Source: Octopus sinensis (Eukaryota). Taken from it: 64,000 nt of DNA. The notes beneath the pieces were generated by a model. The model worked only from the letters and a program-made list of their open reading frames with translations. It was not told the DNA's origin and made no database searches. This document shows positions 1 to 13,399 of the stretch, piece after piece. The translations under genes were made by a program, and so were the position numbers. Location: contig NC_042998.1 in NCBI RefSeq assembly GCF_006345805.1, forward strand, positions 119,102,001 through 119,166,000, given 5' to 3'. Each line of letters opens with the position of its first letter. Position 1 is the first letter of the stretch.

Positions 1-139
1 GTTTCAATATTTACAACTTTCACTTTGTTCACTCTCTTGTTGCTATTACTCTATTTTATAAACACAATATATCCATACCTTTCTCTCATTCTTATAAGTT
101 TTACTCTTATTTCCATCTATTATTATTGTCTCTATCTTA

Positions 140-213
140 TTAATGAAAACCTATCTGCTACCCTCTCTCTCACTCTCACTTTCTCTTTCACTATTTCTCT
201 CACTCTCTCTTTC

Positions 214-248
<35 letters not shown>

Positions 249-300
249 CTCTCTATTATCTTCACCATCTCTCTCTCGCTCGCTCTCTAATACTCTCTAT
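140..300. repeat. (CT)n-rich low-complexity tract
   Basis: Runs of ctctctct; it explains the SLSLSL ORFs at 25..333 and 143..340. Confidence 0.9.
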
Positions 301-639
301 TATCTTCACCACAACTCATCATTTCCTTTTTAATATATAACTCTCTTTTCTTCTTCTTTGTAGTTAATTTAGTCTTCAGTACATAAGTCTTCCATACATT
401 CTGTATATGAAGATGATTTCTGTATGTATTTAGCAAATTAGAAATCTTGATGTAACCAGGAAATTCTGTCGATTTGAAGAGCTAGCCTACCTTATGTGCA
501 TTGATTTGTAAATGAACAATAGTACTATGTAGTATATAGCATACATTTTAGTGCAGACATGTAAAATAATCTATTATACACTAAAATATTTGGAGATGAT
601 AGCAAATAAGGTTACTGATATATATAACGAAGAGTGTGA

Positions 640-1450
640 GAACAAACGTTGACGCTGTGCAGCGAGGATGTTTCTTGAATATGTGCCAGAGACAGCTTCA
701 TCAGCAAACGCTGTTACAGTGCCTCCGATCAAAATAACGTGGATGTTATCCGAATACTCACGCGCTAGACACGATAAAGGGGTTTGATTATGTCGGGTGC
801 AACAATGCTGTTTTATTTTATATTTCTTGTGACATTGGAAATGATTTCGACAGGCCTATATTTGGCAGCGTAAAATATTACTGTTTTTATACCATTGTTG
901 GATGGCAGAATCGATACCTCAAACTCATACCTCCGTCTTATATGCGTCCCATAAAAAACTACCAGATGTACTTTAGCTATCTTCAATGCCAAAGAAATTA
1001 AGACCAATGCACTCTGCTCGATATAAAAGCATTTAAAGAAGGTGCAGTATTGAAGTTTTAGTTTCAAGATGGTAAAATCTCTTGTTTTCTGCCCTCTTCA
1101 CTCTCTCTGACATTCTGATAACGACAAATAATGTAATTTATTTGATGCCGTATGAGTTGCTGCTGTGATGTTCATTATTTATGAAAACGCCTCTAAGGTG
1201 GGATTGAAGTGAAATACTTGCAAATTAGACAACTAAAGCGTACTTTCGTCTCCAGTAATGCATTCTGAGGCTATTGTAATAAATAATTTGCAGTAACGAA
1301 GCAAGAAGAGAAACTTCGGTAAAGTTGAGGTTGTAAATAACCGAAAATATCATAAACTAAATATAATAGACTTCTGGATCATGAAAATAGAGAGGAACAT
1401 GAAACTTAAGACACAGGCTTTACAAATTAGCAACAGAGATATATTCTCGA
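640..1450 (+). pseudogene. Possible highly decayed CR1/Jockey-group reverse transcriptase relic
   Basis: Manual + translation gives HALDTIKGFDYV (~759-794; resembles ALDxxKAFDxV), EGAVL (QGSVL-like) and GL*ITENI (~1329-1350; LGxxIxxNL-like) in the expected order, with many stops. Confidence 0.3.
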
Positions 1451-2849
1451 AGATGAAGGAAAGTAATGAAGTTAAATATAATACGTGTAAAATCAGCTAT
1501 CCTAATGCAAACGTAATGAAGAGGGTAACGTCATAAAACTGAATAAGCTGAATGCGAAACAAAGAAATAAGTTTTGAGGACAGAGAAATAAAGGACTAAG
1601 GAATAGCTAATGAAAATTCTGTTATAACAGTTTCAGTGAAGAAAGGTGGATTTAAATAGAAGTTTAGTGGCGTCATTGTAGTGAATAAGGAATATTAAAT
1701 AGCGTGATAATGGTGCGACAATATTCGACAGAAGTTATTTGGTAACATTATAGATGTAATAACATTGGGAATAGAATATAAGAGCAGTAAATAAACGACA
1801 GTTAAACTCGCAAAGATATACTCATGAAAATGAGTAGTATTAGCAATCGGTTTAAGCGACAAACGGAGACATGTAAAAGCTGTAAATGAAAAGATATGAA
1901 TGAATGTAATTTCAAATCTTGATGGCTGCAAGAAAGATATTTCCTAATAATCAATATTTTATTAACTTAAAATAGGTTTTGACTACAGAATTTTTATCAT
2001 TCAAAAGTGATATAATCTCTTCTAATTCAGTTTAAGTATGAGCTATTCTTATGCGATAAAAATTCTATAATTGGAACCTTATAATCATTTTCTTTGATAA
2101 TTTGTGAAGATATTCTTTACCATTCTTGAAATTGTATTATATTCTGCTTTTGGTTAATATTTTCATTCTTGGTGATTTGTCTCTTGATATTCATGAAGTC
2201 TATTTTAATTTAATTCTGCTTTTTCTTGTAACAATCGATTTCTCAAGTTCCACGTGAAGATGTTAATATTTTTATATAATAGTAGACTATTTTGGCTTTT
2301 ATTCCTTATTTTCTTTTTGACTTACACTTCAAGAAGGAACGGTAGCCCTGCCCTGATCGTACAGGCTGCTAGACATAGCAGTAAAATCCCCTAAAAATCA
2401 CGCACTACAAGCATGAAAATCATGGAACACGTTGAACAGAAAAAGATTGACTGGTCACAGGTGGGATAGCTTTCATCATATGCTTGGTTAATTAAGGTTG
2501 AACAGGGGATAACCAATGACGACATTTGGTAGATAATTTCCCAAGCTCAGTATAGTGAGGTAGTACTAATATTATAAATTAATGCTGATATATCGTCAAC
2601 ATTTACTTCCAGAAATATTGTCTTCAAGTGTCTACTTCTTGAAATAATATTTTCAAGTGGATCTTTTTCACGTGGTAAAATTGATGACAACATCCTCCGT
2701 CATTTATTAATATAAGCTTGGTCCAGTGATATATAATTTAACAAGATTCGTCGATTTAATCAACGATAAACTTTCAAAATGCAGTGAATGAAATGATATT
2801 TCTTCTTTTATTAGCTACGTCCTTTCTTTAGATTTGATTTATAATATTG

Positions 2850-3000
2850 AGGGAGGCATAAGGCGATTACATCCACCCTAGTGCTCAACTAGAACACCGA
2901 AAGGATGAAATGTAAAGTTCACTTCGGTGGAAATTAAACTCCGACCGAAGAAGACAGACTAAATGCCGCAACACATTTTGCACGATGTGCTAACGATTCT
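2850..3000 (-). mobile_element. Degenerate tRNA-derived SINE fragment (family B, related to 19496-19725)
   Basis: gaaaggatgaaatgtaaagttcacttcggtggaaattaaactc resembles the reverse complement of the B-box and downstream region of the 19496 element. Confidence 0.55.
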
Positions 3001-3615
3001 CACCACTTTTCAACATAAAGAAAGAGATTATTGCTAAAATAAACTAGAAATAAAATACCCATAATTTTCCTTCCTTTTTCTCTTTTGTTACTGTTGTTTT
3101 TCATTTCTCTTCGTACACTTCATCAGTTCTATTAAGATCTTAAAGAAATATATCTGCGACAAAAGAAGCTCTTCTAAACGTTATTCTGTTCCATTACTCA
3201 ATTCTCACAAACTTATTTCAGCTGTTTATAAACTCTAAAGGCCGCAGCATACCATTGCTATTTTCTGCAGATATTACAGCATATTCTTTAATAACTTTCA
3301 GAAGATTACATCATCAATTTGATATGTGTGTGTGCGTGCGCGTGCGTGCATGCGTGTGTGTGTGTGTAAATTTGATTTATAACAAAAATTTGATACTTTA
3401 TTTAAAAAGCAAACCTAGTTATGTAATATATGCAGGTAAGCATATAATCACACGTGTAGATATGCAGACATCTCTTGATAAATAATAACTGCACACGTCA
3501 TTTTTATTTTTCATGTGTTCGACATATCACGACTTCAGAGAGTATGTCCATTTTTTCACTGGAAAAATACACACATAATGCACACACACACACACACAAC
3601 ACACACACACTTACA

Positions 3616-3649
<34 letters not shown>

Positions 3650-3889
3650 GCATGTCTCCGTTATTTTGCATCTCACCATATTCTTAACATATTTATATCC
3701 ATGAACGCTTTTTTCCTGATTTTGTTACTGCGATATTCTGATATTTTATTTTTGTCGCATCGCTTTACCACGCTTTTGTTTTTAGTATGAATCAGCTACC
3801 ATTCACATTTCTTCATACTAACGCGACATTCTGAAGTAATAATGAAGGAGGATTATTCTGTAAATGTCGATTTTATATGTTGATTTATG

Positions 3890-3939
<50 letters not shown>

Positions 3940-3985
3940 TACACACACATACACACACACATACACACACACACACACACACCAC

Positions 3986-4045
<60 letters not shown>
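3890..4045. repeat. (AT)n/(CA)n compound microsatellite
   Basis: Direct reading; source of the YIYI/THTH ORFs. Confidence 0.95.
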
Positions 4046-4046
4046 A

Positions 4047-4464
<418 letters not shown>

Positions 4465-6330
4465 TATTTCAAAGATTTTACCATAAAGGCACGATATAGA
4501 GTAGCTTGCGAGCTGGACCAAGACATTGATGAGGTGAATGATGATAAGGATGATATTAATGGGAGAAGACAAAAATCGCCCGCCGATCGTTTGCTTCTTT
4601 AAAACATTATTCTCTTCCTTTTTTCACAGAAAATAACAAAACGAGGTAATGAACTTCTCACTTCAGTTTCACAATTTTTGGACTAATAGTCCATTTTAGA
4701 ATTGGGGCGTTAAGCCTCTTAAACACAATAACATGCAATAACATAATAAACATTATAATACTGAGGCTTTTCAACCTCTTGTCATTATTCCTCCCCGACA
4801 TCGCTTGTGCCCTTATACTTCACCATCCCCACGCCTCGTTCAAGACCAAGGCGGGATCCGAGCCGGCGTCGCCCGGCCATAAGCAAGCGATATTCCTCAT
4901 TAAATCCCTGCAGCCTATACCCCACAGGCACCGTTATGACCTCCACAGCTATCTTCGGAGGCCATTCGGGATCCTGTGTGAAGGTTAAAGGTGCTCCCTA
5001 ATGGTGCTTTTCCACCACCTCTTCTACCTCCCAGCCTCTGTAGAAGAAGACCAATAGTTTCTCTTCCTCCGGGTTTGAGGTAGTCAATTCTACCGTTGGC
5101 GGTACAGTTCCCCCCAACGGTGTCTCTTCCCCTACCAATGACACAACCCCTACTGGCAAGGTTCCGGGACATTCCGGTGCTATGTCACCGACTGCCGGCA
5201 TTGTCCCGTTTCTCTTCCTTTTTTCCTCTCAATTGAGTGAGGGTGTGTCTCCTCCGTGACCGGGAAATTCACCTCTCCTCCCTCATCCCCAGGATCCTTC
5301 GATGAGCACCCATTGTTGCTCACCTTGTTCCTCTTGCGACCCTTCCCCCGAGGATTCCTCCGTCTCCTCAGCCGCTTTCGTTCCCTCTTCTACAGAGGTC
5401 TCAATTGACTGCTCCATGACTTTACTTTGTTCCTGAGGACAGTTTTTCTTTATATGGCCAGGCTCCAGGCACCGATGACACCTGGGGAGGTGACCCTCAA
5501 AAATCACATGGTACCTGCACCCGGCCATTTCCAAAGATCTGGCATAACCAGATTCATGGCTGATTGGGTCCACAGGGTCAAATCAGCTTCTGACCCAATC
5601 CAATCAGCCGCAGGAAGAATTTTCACATTGAGGTGCCTGGTTCCGCTGCCACCCAGTCTCCGACGGATAATATCCTCTATTCACTGGGGTTCAATTCTGG
5701 GTGGCAAACCACAGACCCAGGCCCTCGTCAATTTTTTCCCACAATAAGTGGGAAGAAACAGAATTTCTTTACCCTCAACTGGTTGGCTCCAAAACTACGA
5801 GCCTCTTCTGGGGTGTCAAACAGCAACCACACCGTTGTATGTTTGACTCCCCTAGAGATATACTTGATTGTAGGCAGATATTCCTCAAACTCCTGCTCAA
5901 TCATCTGCTTGGAGAAGACGGTGTCGAGAACCTTCGAATACGTTCTCAACACCACCGTCCTCTCCTCTTGCAGTTTGAGCCACTCCTTAGGTGGGAGCAT
6001 CTCCCACTCTACAATCTTATCTGTATTTTTTGCCATGTTTTAAATTAAAAGATTAAAAAGTCCAAAACAATAATTCACAAAAAAAGGAGAGAGAGAATTC
6101 AAAAGGAAACACAAGGGAAGAAGAAAAAAAGCAAACAGTTCATTAAAAAAAAATCACAATAGAAGAAGAAAACAATAATTTAAAAAAAACACAGTAAAAA
6201 ATCCTCTGGGCATTCAGGTACTCCAAGCCCTATGGTACTCCAATTAGAACCTGGACTGCTCCACTTGAAATACAGCTTTCCAACGTAGTTGTAAAATACA
6301 CACTATTTACAAACAGCGAACGACTTCTGG
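4465..6330 (-). mobile_element. Tx1/L1-like element carrying only a decayed ORF1 (boundaries approximate)
   Basis: ORF1 homologous to 49511..50612, then only ~320 bp ending in AATAAA (4463-4468, -). No endonuclease or RT between ORF1 and the SINE. No TSD found. Confidence 0.6.
4790..6036 (-). pseudogene. Tx1-like ORF1 (gag-like) with CCHC zinc knuckle, frameshifted
   Basis: CHRCLEPGHIKKNC (CX2CX4HX4C). LPPKEWLKLQEERTVVLRTYS aligns with PPQAILQEIKAKTVVYKVYS, and FPTYCGK...W aligns with LPTYMGK...W of the ORF1 at 49.5-50.6 kb. Confidence 0.8.
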
Positions 6331-6625
6331 TGTTATAACGAACTGTTATATACATATAACAGTTATATATATATAACAGTTATATATATGACAGTTAAGC
6401 ACATAAGAGGTATCCTTCATAGGATTACTTCCACGCTAGAAGGAGTAGCTAAAGTCCAAACCAATATTAGGGATAAAAAAAAACTCGAAGGAAATGAAAA
6501 ATAAAAACATTTACCATGGTTTCTGACTTATTTTGCTGCCGACAAAAAACTTCTCTTGCGCGGTGGATTTGAAAGATTGTAATGTATAAGCAAGAGGCAC
6601 ATACTGGATTTGCCTCGTACTTATA

Positions 6626-7020
6626 TACTCTTTACTCTTTACTCTTTTACTTGTTTCAGTCATTTGACTGCGGCCATGCTGGAGCACCGCCTTTAGTCGA
6701 GCAAATCGACCCCGGGACTTATTCTTTGTAAGCCCAGTACTTATTCCATCGGTCTCCTTTGCCGAACCGCTAAGTGACGGGGACGTAAACACACCAGCAT
6801 CGGTTGTCAAGCAAGGGGGACAAACACACACACACTTACATATATATATATATACATATATACGACAGGCTTCTTTCAGTTTCCGTCTACCAAATCCACT
6901 CACAAGGCATTGGTCGGCCCGGGGCTATAGCAGAAGACACTTGCCCAAGATGCCACGCAGTGAGACTGAACCCGGAACCATGTGGTTGGGTAGCAAGCTA
7001 CTTACCACACAGCCACTCCT
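6626..7020 (-). mobile_element. Full-length SINE family A
   Basis: The - strand begins aggagtggctgtgtggtaagtagc (A-box-like), has ggttcagtctc (B-box-like) and ends in (gtaaaaga)n tail repeats. Confidence 0.93.
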
Positions 7021-7632
7021 GAGCCTATGTTTCATCTAGGCGTACTTTTTGATGAAAACGTTGCCTAGAAAATTATTTTATTTGCTAAAAACAGTCAGAA
7101 ACCATAGTCCAGGAAATAGGTGGTAAATGTTTTAATATTTCGAGCTTTTTATCCCTAATAGTGATTTGGACTTATATGAATAATATATAGTCTATTGACT
7201 AATTTTTTCTACACGCTAGGTCAAGGTAGTAAAAATTTCTAAAATATTTATTACGCTGATATTATTAATATATATATATATCAGATAGATAGTTTGTAAA
7301 TCTGTAAGTATAGTAAGTTTGAGTTAAATGTTTTATAGCATTAACAACTAAATGACACGATATCAAGAAAAAATTCGATATGTGTCGGATTAGTATAAGA
7401 GTCAATATTAATTTTGCTGTAAATTTTGGCTTTAATGTTATGTCGTGTTGATTCGATAGAGGTGACAAAATAGATAAAGCTAAGTGATAGATATTGAGAC
7501 AGACGAAAAGTTAGAAATATAAACAGATGGACTGATGTCTGTTTGTCTTTTTATCTGCCTGTCTCACTATTTATCATAATAAATGCACACATACATTATA
7601 TGAATATATATATATATATATATAGTAAAGTG

Positions 7633-7835
7633 TATATGCCAACAGAATGTCGCAGTCCTATAGAGGATGGTGTTAATGCTGTTTTAGTCCCAGCAAAACC
7701 TCTTTTCCAGCTGGCCATCGACACATAATCTGTGCCCGTATAGCATTTGCAAGGGAGGTCATCGCTCCCATTTCCTAGAACAAAAACAACAGTAACATCG
7801 TCCTCTATAGGACTGCCACATTCTGTTGGTATATA
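7633..7835. mobile_element. MITE-like element with ~37-bp terminal inverted repeats
   Basis: Left TIR ccaacagaatgtcgcagtcctatagaggatggtgtta (7639-7675); reverse complement of right TIR ccaacagaatgtggcagtcctatagaggacgatgtta (7793-7829); TA-rich flanks. Confidence 0.8.
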
Positions 7836-8537
7836 AACTTTACTATTCGGTACTGTTACTTTATATCTCTCGCTCAGAGATTTAAAACAAATATGTGTGT
7901 CTGTGTGTGTGTGAGTGTGTGTGTGTTTGTGTGTGTGTATACGATCAATAAAAGTACTACGTCATAAAATTTCGAAGCATTTCTACAAATCGATACCCCA
8001 CAGTGAAATATTTCAAGAGACTATCATGGAGATGAAGCTTATGAACAGGTATTTTATCGGAAAACAAAGGCGCAGTAAATCATCGTATAGCCAAAAATCA
8101 TTTCATTAAAACCTAAAGCCCTCCCTGAACAGTCGGTGTCAGCTGAACTTATGGTAACTCATACACAATTACCACACAGCAACAGCGCCTGGACTAGCCT
8201 ATTATCGATCTAAAAGCAAATACACACACATCACGTCATATCTTGTTTTTTCTATTATTATTCGAAGTTTCTCATAACTCAATTCAACAATTAGAAATTA
8301 TCCAGCAGCAACACACTTGACTACTGTTATTTTGTTATTACAATGGGATTAAAATAAATACATTAAAAATTGTTAGTTATAAAAATTATTAATTAATTAA
8401 TCCATTAAGTAATTAATGATTTGACAATGTCTTCAACCACAAAATTGTGGAGTCTTCAATGCCTTCCTCTTTCTGCCTCCTTGTATCCGGTATTTATATG
8501 CATTTGCGTGTGTGTCGCCGTAACTGCACAAGTAACA

Positions 8538-10968
8538 CAGTTCTATATTTGAGAGATGAGGAATAATGTACATTTTTTACATTTGATGGACATTTGTCTT
8601 CATCTTGTTTGTTGTTTAACAAAACGTTTCGGATGATGTACTCTCCACCCTTCATCTCTCATCTCTCAAATATAGAACTGCATTATCTAATCGGTACGGA
8701 GCCAACACTGGACTTCAATGGAGACATACAGAGAAACTCCATCAAAAACTAGCTCATCTTTCAAGTCATCTAAATTTCCTGCGTAGATGTTGAGACTCAA
8801 AGCTAATACCACCTGGCTTGAATGTAATGACACCAGTAAATTCATATAAACCTCGAAGAGTAGCGGAAAATGTAGGACATGCTCTCGTCCGTGGGAGAAT
8901 CCATTATAACCGTTGGAAAAAAAACTAAATAACGAAATCAGAGAGAGTTTGTCTTCATTACTTAGAAGAATAACCAGAGATTAGGATAGAAATAGAATCC
9001 CACAAGATCTACAAAAGTCGTGCAAGAAGGAATTTGAAAAGGTGAAGATACGCCAGATTAAGACGTTTGTGATGCTCAAAGGTCAGAGGATGCTACTGAG
9101 GTCCACCACCCACCTGTGAAAGCAGTAATTAACGTCAGTAGCCGATATCTAGAACGCTCTGAAGAAGCAGTACTAAACAAGGGTCTCCACTATGTGACAA
9201 CCACAAAGCGCATTCCATACTTGGACATAATAGCCCCTATTGAAGAAATAGCCAAAAAGATACCAAAACCTCAGGGAGATGAACTAAGGTGGAAAGTGAG
9301 ACATGTGTTAGAAAAAGCGAAACTTTCCAAACCAAATATCACTAAGGAAGAAAAGTTCGCTATCAAAACACTACAGAGTGACAATTCATCATAATACTTC
9401 CAGCGGACAAGGGAAATGCTACAGTGGTGATGAACAAATCTGACTACTCTGAAAAATTGGCAAGTCTCATAAGTGATGGTAGCTACAGCAAAGTAAAGAA
9501 AGACCCAACTCTGAAAACAGAGAGGAAGTTCTCACAGAACTTGATCAAAAACAAAGATCACTTTATACCAATGAAATACAAACAACTGACTCAACACAAC
9601 AGTAAACTACCACACATGTACGGTCTCCCTAAGATTCACAAGGATGGTATTCTGTTAAGACCTATGGTGTGCTGTAGTGGTTCAGCGAGTCATCCACTGA
9701 GCTGCTTCCTTGTGAATATGATCAGTTCATTAGCAGGAAAGTCAACATCGTACGTGAACAATTCCATCCACTTCACAGAATTGATCAAGGATACCCCCAT
9801 TGGATCCAATCAGATGGTGAGTCTAGATATGATAAGTCTGTTCACCAAAGTCACAACTATTGAAGCACTATCGGTGATTCAAGAAAAACTGGTGACAGAC
9901 GCCTATCTAAAAGAACGCACTAGTATACCAATAGGAAAATTGACGGAAATGTTGACCTTCTGTGTAGAAACTACCTACTTCGGAATGGACACTGTTATAT
10001 ATCGACAAGAAGAGGGTTTAGCTATGGGTTTGCCATTATCACAAATAAAAGACCATATATGCATGGAATACTTTGGGAATTTGGCTTTAAGATCAACACC
10101 GCTAATATCAACCCTATGGCTGCAATATGTTGATGCCTTTATACTCTGGCCCCACCAGGAAGATGTCCAAGTGCTGTTAAATCGTGTGAACTCAATAAAG
10201 CCATTCATACAGTTCACAATGGAAAAGTAGAAAGACAACCAGCTAGAATTTCTGGATGTATCCAAGTATGGATCCAGGACATCCGTATACCGCAAGCCAA
10301 CCTTCACTGGACGATATCTCAGCTTCAATTCCCACCATCCATACAGTGTAAAGAGAGGGATTGCTCAGTGCCTAAAATATCGAGCAGAGAATATAAGTAG
10401 AGATCCTAATACACGCCACGAAGAAATGATCAAGCTAATTAACAATCTATTAAACAACAACTACCGCAAAAATATACTAACCACTCCAATTATGAAGAGA
10501 AGAGAGGATGAAACCCATAAACTGACCACAGACTGTCAACCCTACAGGAAAGGGCCTTCTGAAAAGATACAAAAGATATGCGGCCCATATGACATCAGGA
10601 CAGCATTCAAGAATAATACAACACTTCGCAAATACCTCCTTCGAGTAAAACCACCAATAGAAGAGAATATGGCTAAAGACAGCGTGTACTCCATCCCATG
10701 CAGCTGTGGTAGGTTATAGAAAGGCGAAACTTGCCGTGTCCTCCAAACATGGGTAGAAGAACATCGCAAAGCTGAGACACGAGGAGATATTGATAAATCG
10801 GGTATAACTGATCATGTATGGAAAAACGGAGATCACCTCCCCCTGTGGAATGAAGTTAAAATAATAGACAGAGAACACCACTGGCAAATACGAAAACTAA
10901 AAGAGACAGCACATATGTTAGAATATAATAACCTCCTTAATAGAGCTAGTGCAGATATGAGTAGCAAC
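8538..10968 (+). mobile_element. Penelope-like element (PLE) copy 1 with 5' inverted terminal-repeat segment
   Basis: Perfect 23-bp inverted repeat at 8538-8560 and 8658-8680, followed by a decayed ORF with PLE-type RT and GIY-YIG. Confidence 0.9.
8690..10968 (+). pseudogene. PLE reverse transcriptase plus GIY-YIG endonuclease, with stops and frameshifts
   Basis: N-terminal HLNFLRRC*DSKLIPPGL; YGLPKIHK; VSLDMISLFTKV; GLAMGLPLS; QYVDAF; C-terminal VYSIPCSCGRL*KGETCR (GIY-YIG-type). Confidence 0.9.
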
Positions 10969-11211
10969 GAAACCCTTTGCTTACGCACACGTAAGCACAA
11001 TGGTAAATCCGGCACTGTATATATGCATTAATTTTTACAGCATTGCGTACAACATAACGTGTATTACAAAATCTAAGATAAAATTAAAGTCGCCTTTCAT
11101 CCTTTAGCAGTGAAATTTTAAACAGAAGAGAATACAGAGAAAGTATTCCGTAGAGAAAGGCTATGAGACTACTTTAAATACACAGAGACATACATGTATG
11201 TATGCATATAA

Positions 11212-11212
<1 letters not shown>

Positions 11213-11275
<63 letters not shown>
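11213..11275. repeat. (GT)n microsatellite
   Basis: Direct reading. Confidence 0.95.
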
Positions 11276-11282
<7 letters not shown>

Positions 11283-12214
11283 GTGCTACAGGGCTACAGG
11301 GCTACACACATATCCACCTAAACTCCACTCACAAGCTATTTGTCGAACGGAAACTATAGTAAAAAGCATTTGCTTCAGATGTTGTGCAATTATATAGAAT
11401 CCGTAATGGTAAAACTAAAACCGTAAGGGAATTAATGAAAAGCCATTTAATAAACAAATTCTCGCAACATAATTATACATTCAGTCAGTAGTTTTTACGT
11501 CCTTTCTGTCCAAATATATCTGAATTTTAAACGATGACAATATTAACAATTATGAAAGCAACTGGATTCTTGTAGAACTAGAACGTGAGTTCTTATACTT
11601 TAATAGCTTTAAAGTATATAGTCTTCATCCCTCAGAGAAGTTAAGCCGTTAGCAATTTTGAATAAAGGTAGGAAATATGTGAATTGTTGCAAACGTATGA
11701 AAATTAGGACTACCAAGTGGAGAGAATAATTTATTTCCCTTTTAAATGAACTTGCTAGTCGTAGAAAAATGTATTTAAAATGAAAAAAAAAATATTTATA
11801 AACTAAATTCAAAATAGCAGCCTTACCATCCTTTTACAAATATAATACTTATGATGTGGAAGACATGAGATGCTATGTTGCTTGGTGACAACAGATGGAT
11901 GTATCACGTGTTTGCGTGTTGATATATGAATATATCACGTGCCGTGCTTGCAACAATTCAACAGATGCATATTTGACACATTTTCTAATGTTGTTGCAAG
12001 AAATAAATTTCGATGAATAACTGTTTGTAAAATAAATTTCGGTGAAAAATCATATTTCAAAGAATTAAAGATATTTTGATTAAATGTTGTCACCTTGCAT
12101 CTTTGCTGAAATTTGTGGGTTCTTATTTCTTTGTCCTCGGGATTATCCTTCCGACGAATTTCATTATAGAGTGTCCTAGCTACAACGTCATGTTAAAATA
12201 TGGATAATATTATT

Positions 12215-12310
12215 ACTTCTTTCAATCATTTGACTGTGGTCATGCTGGAACACCGCCTTTAGTCGAGCAAATCGACCCCAGGATTTATTCTTTGGAAGCC
12301 AAGAACTTAT

Positions 12311-12374
<64 letters not shown>

Positions 12375-12585
12375 GAGTCTGTGTTCTCCCGTCATCGCTT
12401 GACAACCGATGCTAGTGTGTGTTTATTTCCCCATAACATTAGCGGTTCGGCAAAATGAACCGATAGAATAAGTACTAGGCTTACAATGAATGTCATAGAG
12501 TCGGTTTCTTCGACAAACACTCTTTAAAGTGGTGTTTCAGCATAGCCGCAGTCAAATGATTGAAACAAATAAAAGAATAAAGAAT
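12215..12585. mobile_element. Two SINE-A 3' halves in opposite orientation joined at an (AT)n tract
   Basis: 12215-12310 is a - strand tail; after (AT)n, 12375-12585 is a + strand 3' half ending gactgaaac-like aaataaaagaataaagaata. Confidence 0.8.
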
Positions 12586-13399
12586 ATACACTTATATAGA
12601 ATTCCATGTTACGCTAAATTTGCTTAGAATAAAATTTGAAATTTACAAGTTACTAGTTATCGAATTTTTCTAGCATGAATATTTACCTATACCTCATAAA
12701 TATTCTCGTATCTCGATTTTTATTTTCATTTCTTTTCTCCTGTCAATCCCAAATCTTTTCTTTCACTTACCCGTCGGCTGCTGTCTACACACAATCTGTT
12801 TCTTATCTTTAAACATTTCGTATACCTATCTTGAATGAGTGAAAATTGCTTTCATTGAAACTTCCCCCAACATAAGATCAAGTTGCAGTAAATGATACCC
12901 AATATGAAGTCCTATCTCATTGCAAAATCAGTGGTATGCAGGCATTAGTAAAGCTTCGTCACCTTTGCAGATATAGTCGTTGAATGGCATGCAAACGGTC
13001 GCATTTTCTTAACAATGCTTTATTGCTAATTTGTTATTGATAAGCGTTCTGTCGGAGCGATGTTCAAAATCGATGTACGGAATCCCTAAAACTAAATTTG
13101 AAAATGTACAAGGGCAAAGTTGTGGCTCCTGTCACAGATTCAGCGGTTGATTGTTGTAACTATATGAGTATAAACGGCGCTAAATTCGTCAAACAGACTC
13201 GTTTTCCAGCTCTTGTTGAGAGAAAAAAAAGCAACAGAATGCACAAAAAATCCATAATTATTGTCAAATAACTTTTATTTATAGTTATATATCATTTTTC
13301 TTTTACTTAATTACTGATTTTTAATTGTTTACTTCATTTTCTTAAACACTGGTCTCTGTGCTTACAATATGGATTCTATAGTCTTTAAAAAATATAGTT

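Noticed and set aside
645-712. CUGAUGA...GAAAC...GUC on the - strand
   Set aside because: No stem II closing at GAAA, and stem I is out of register.
12960-13250. Possible host exon after ctttgcag
   Set aside because: All frames stop quickly and there is no recognisable protein or donor site.
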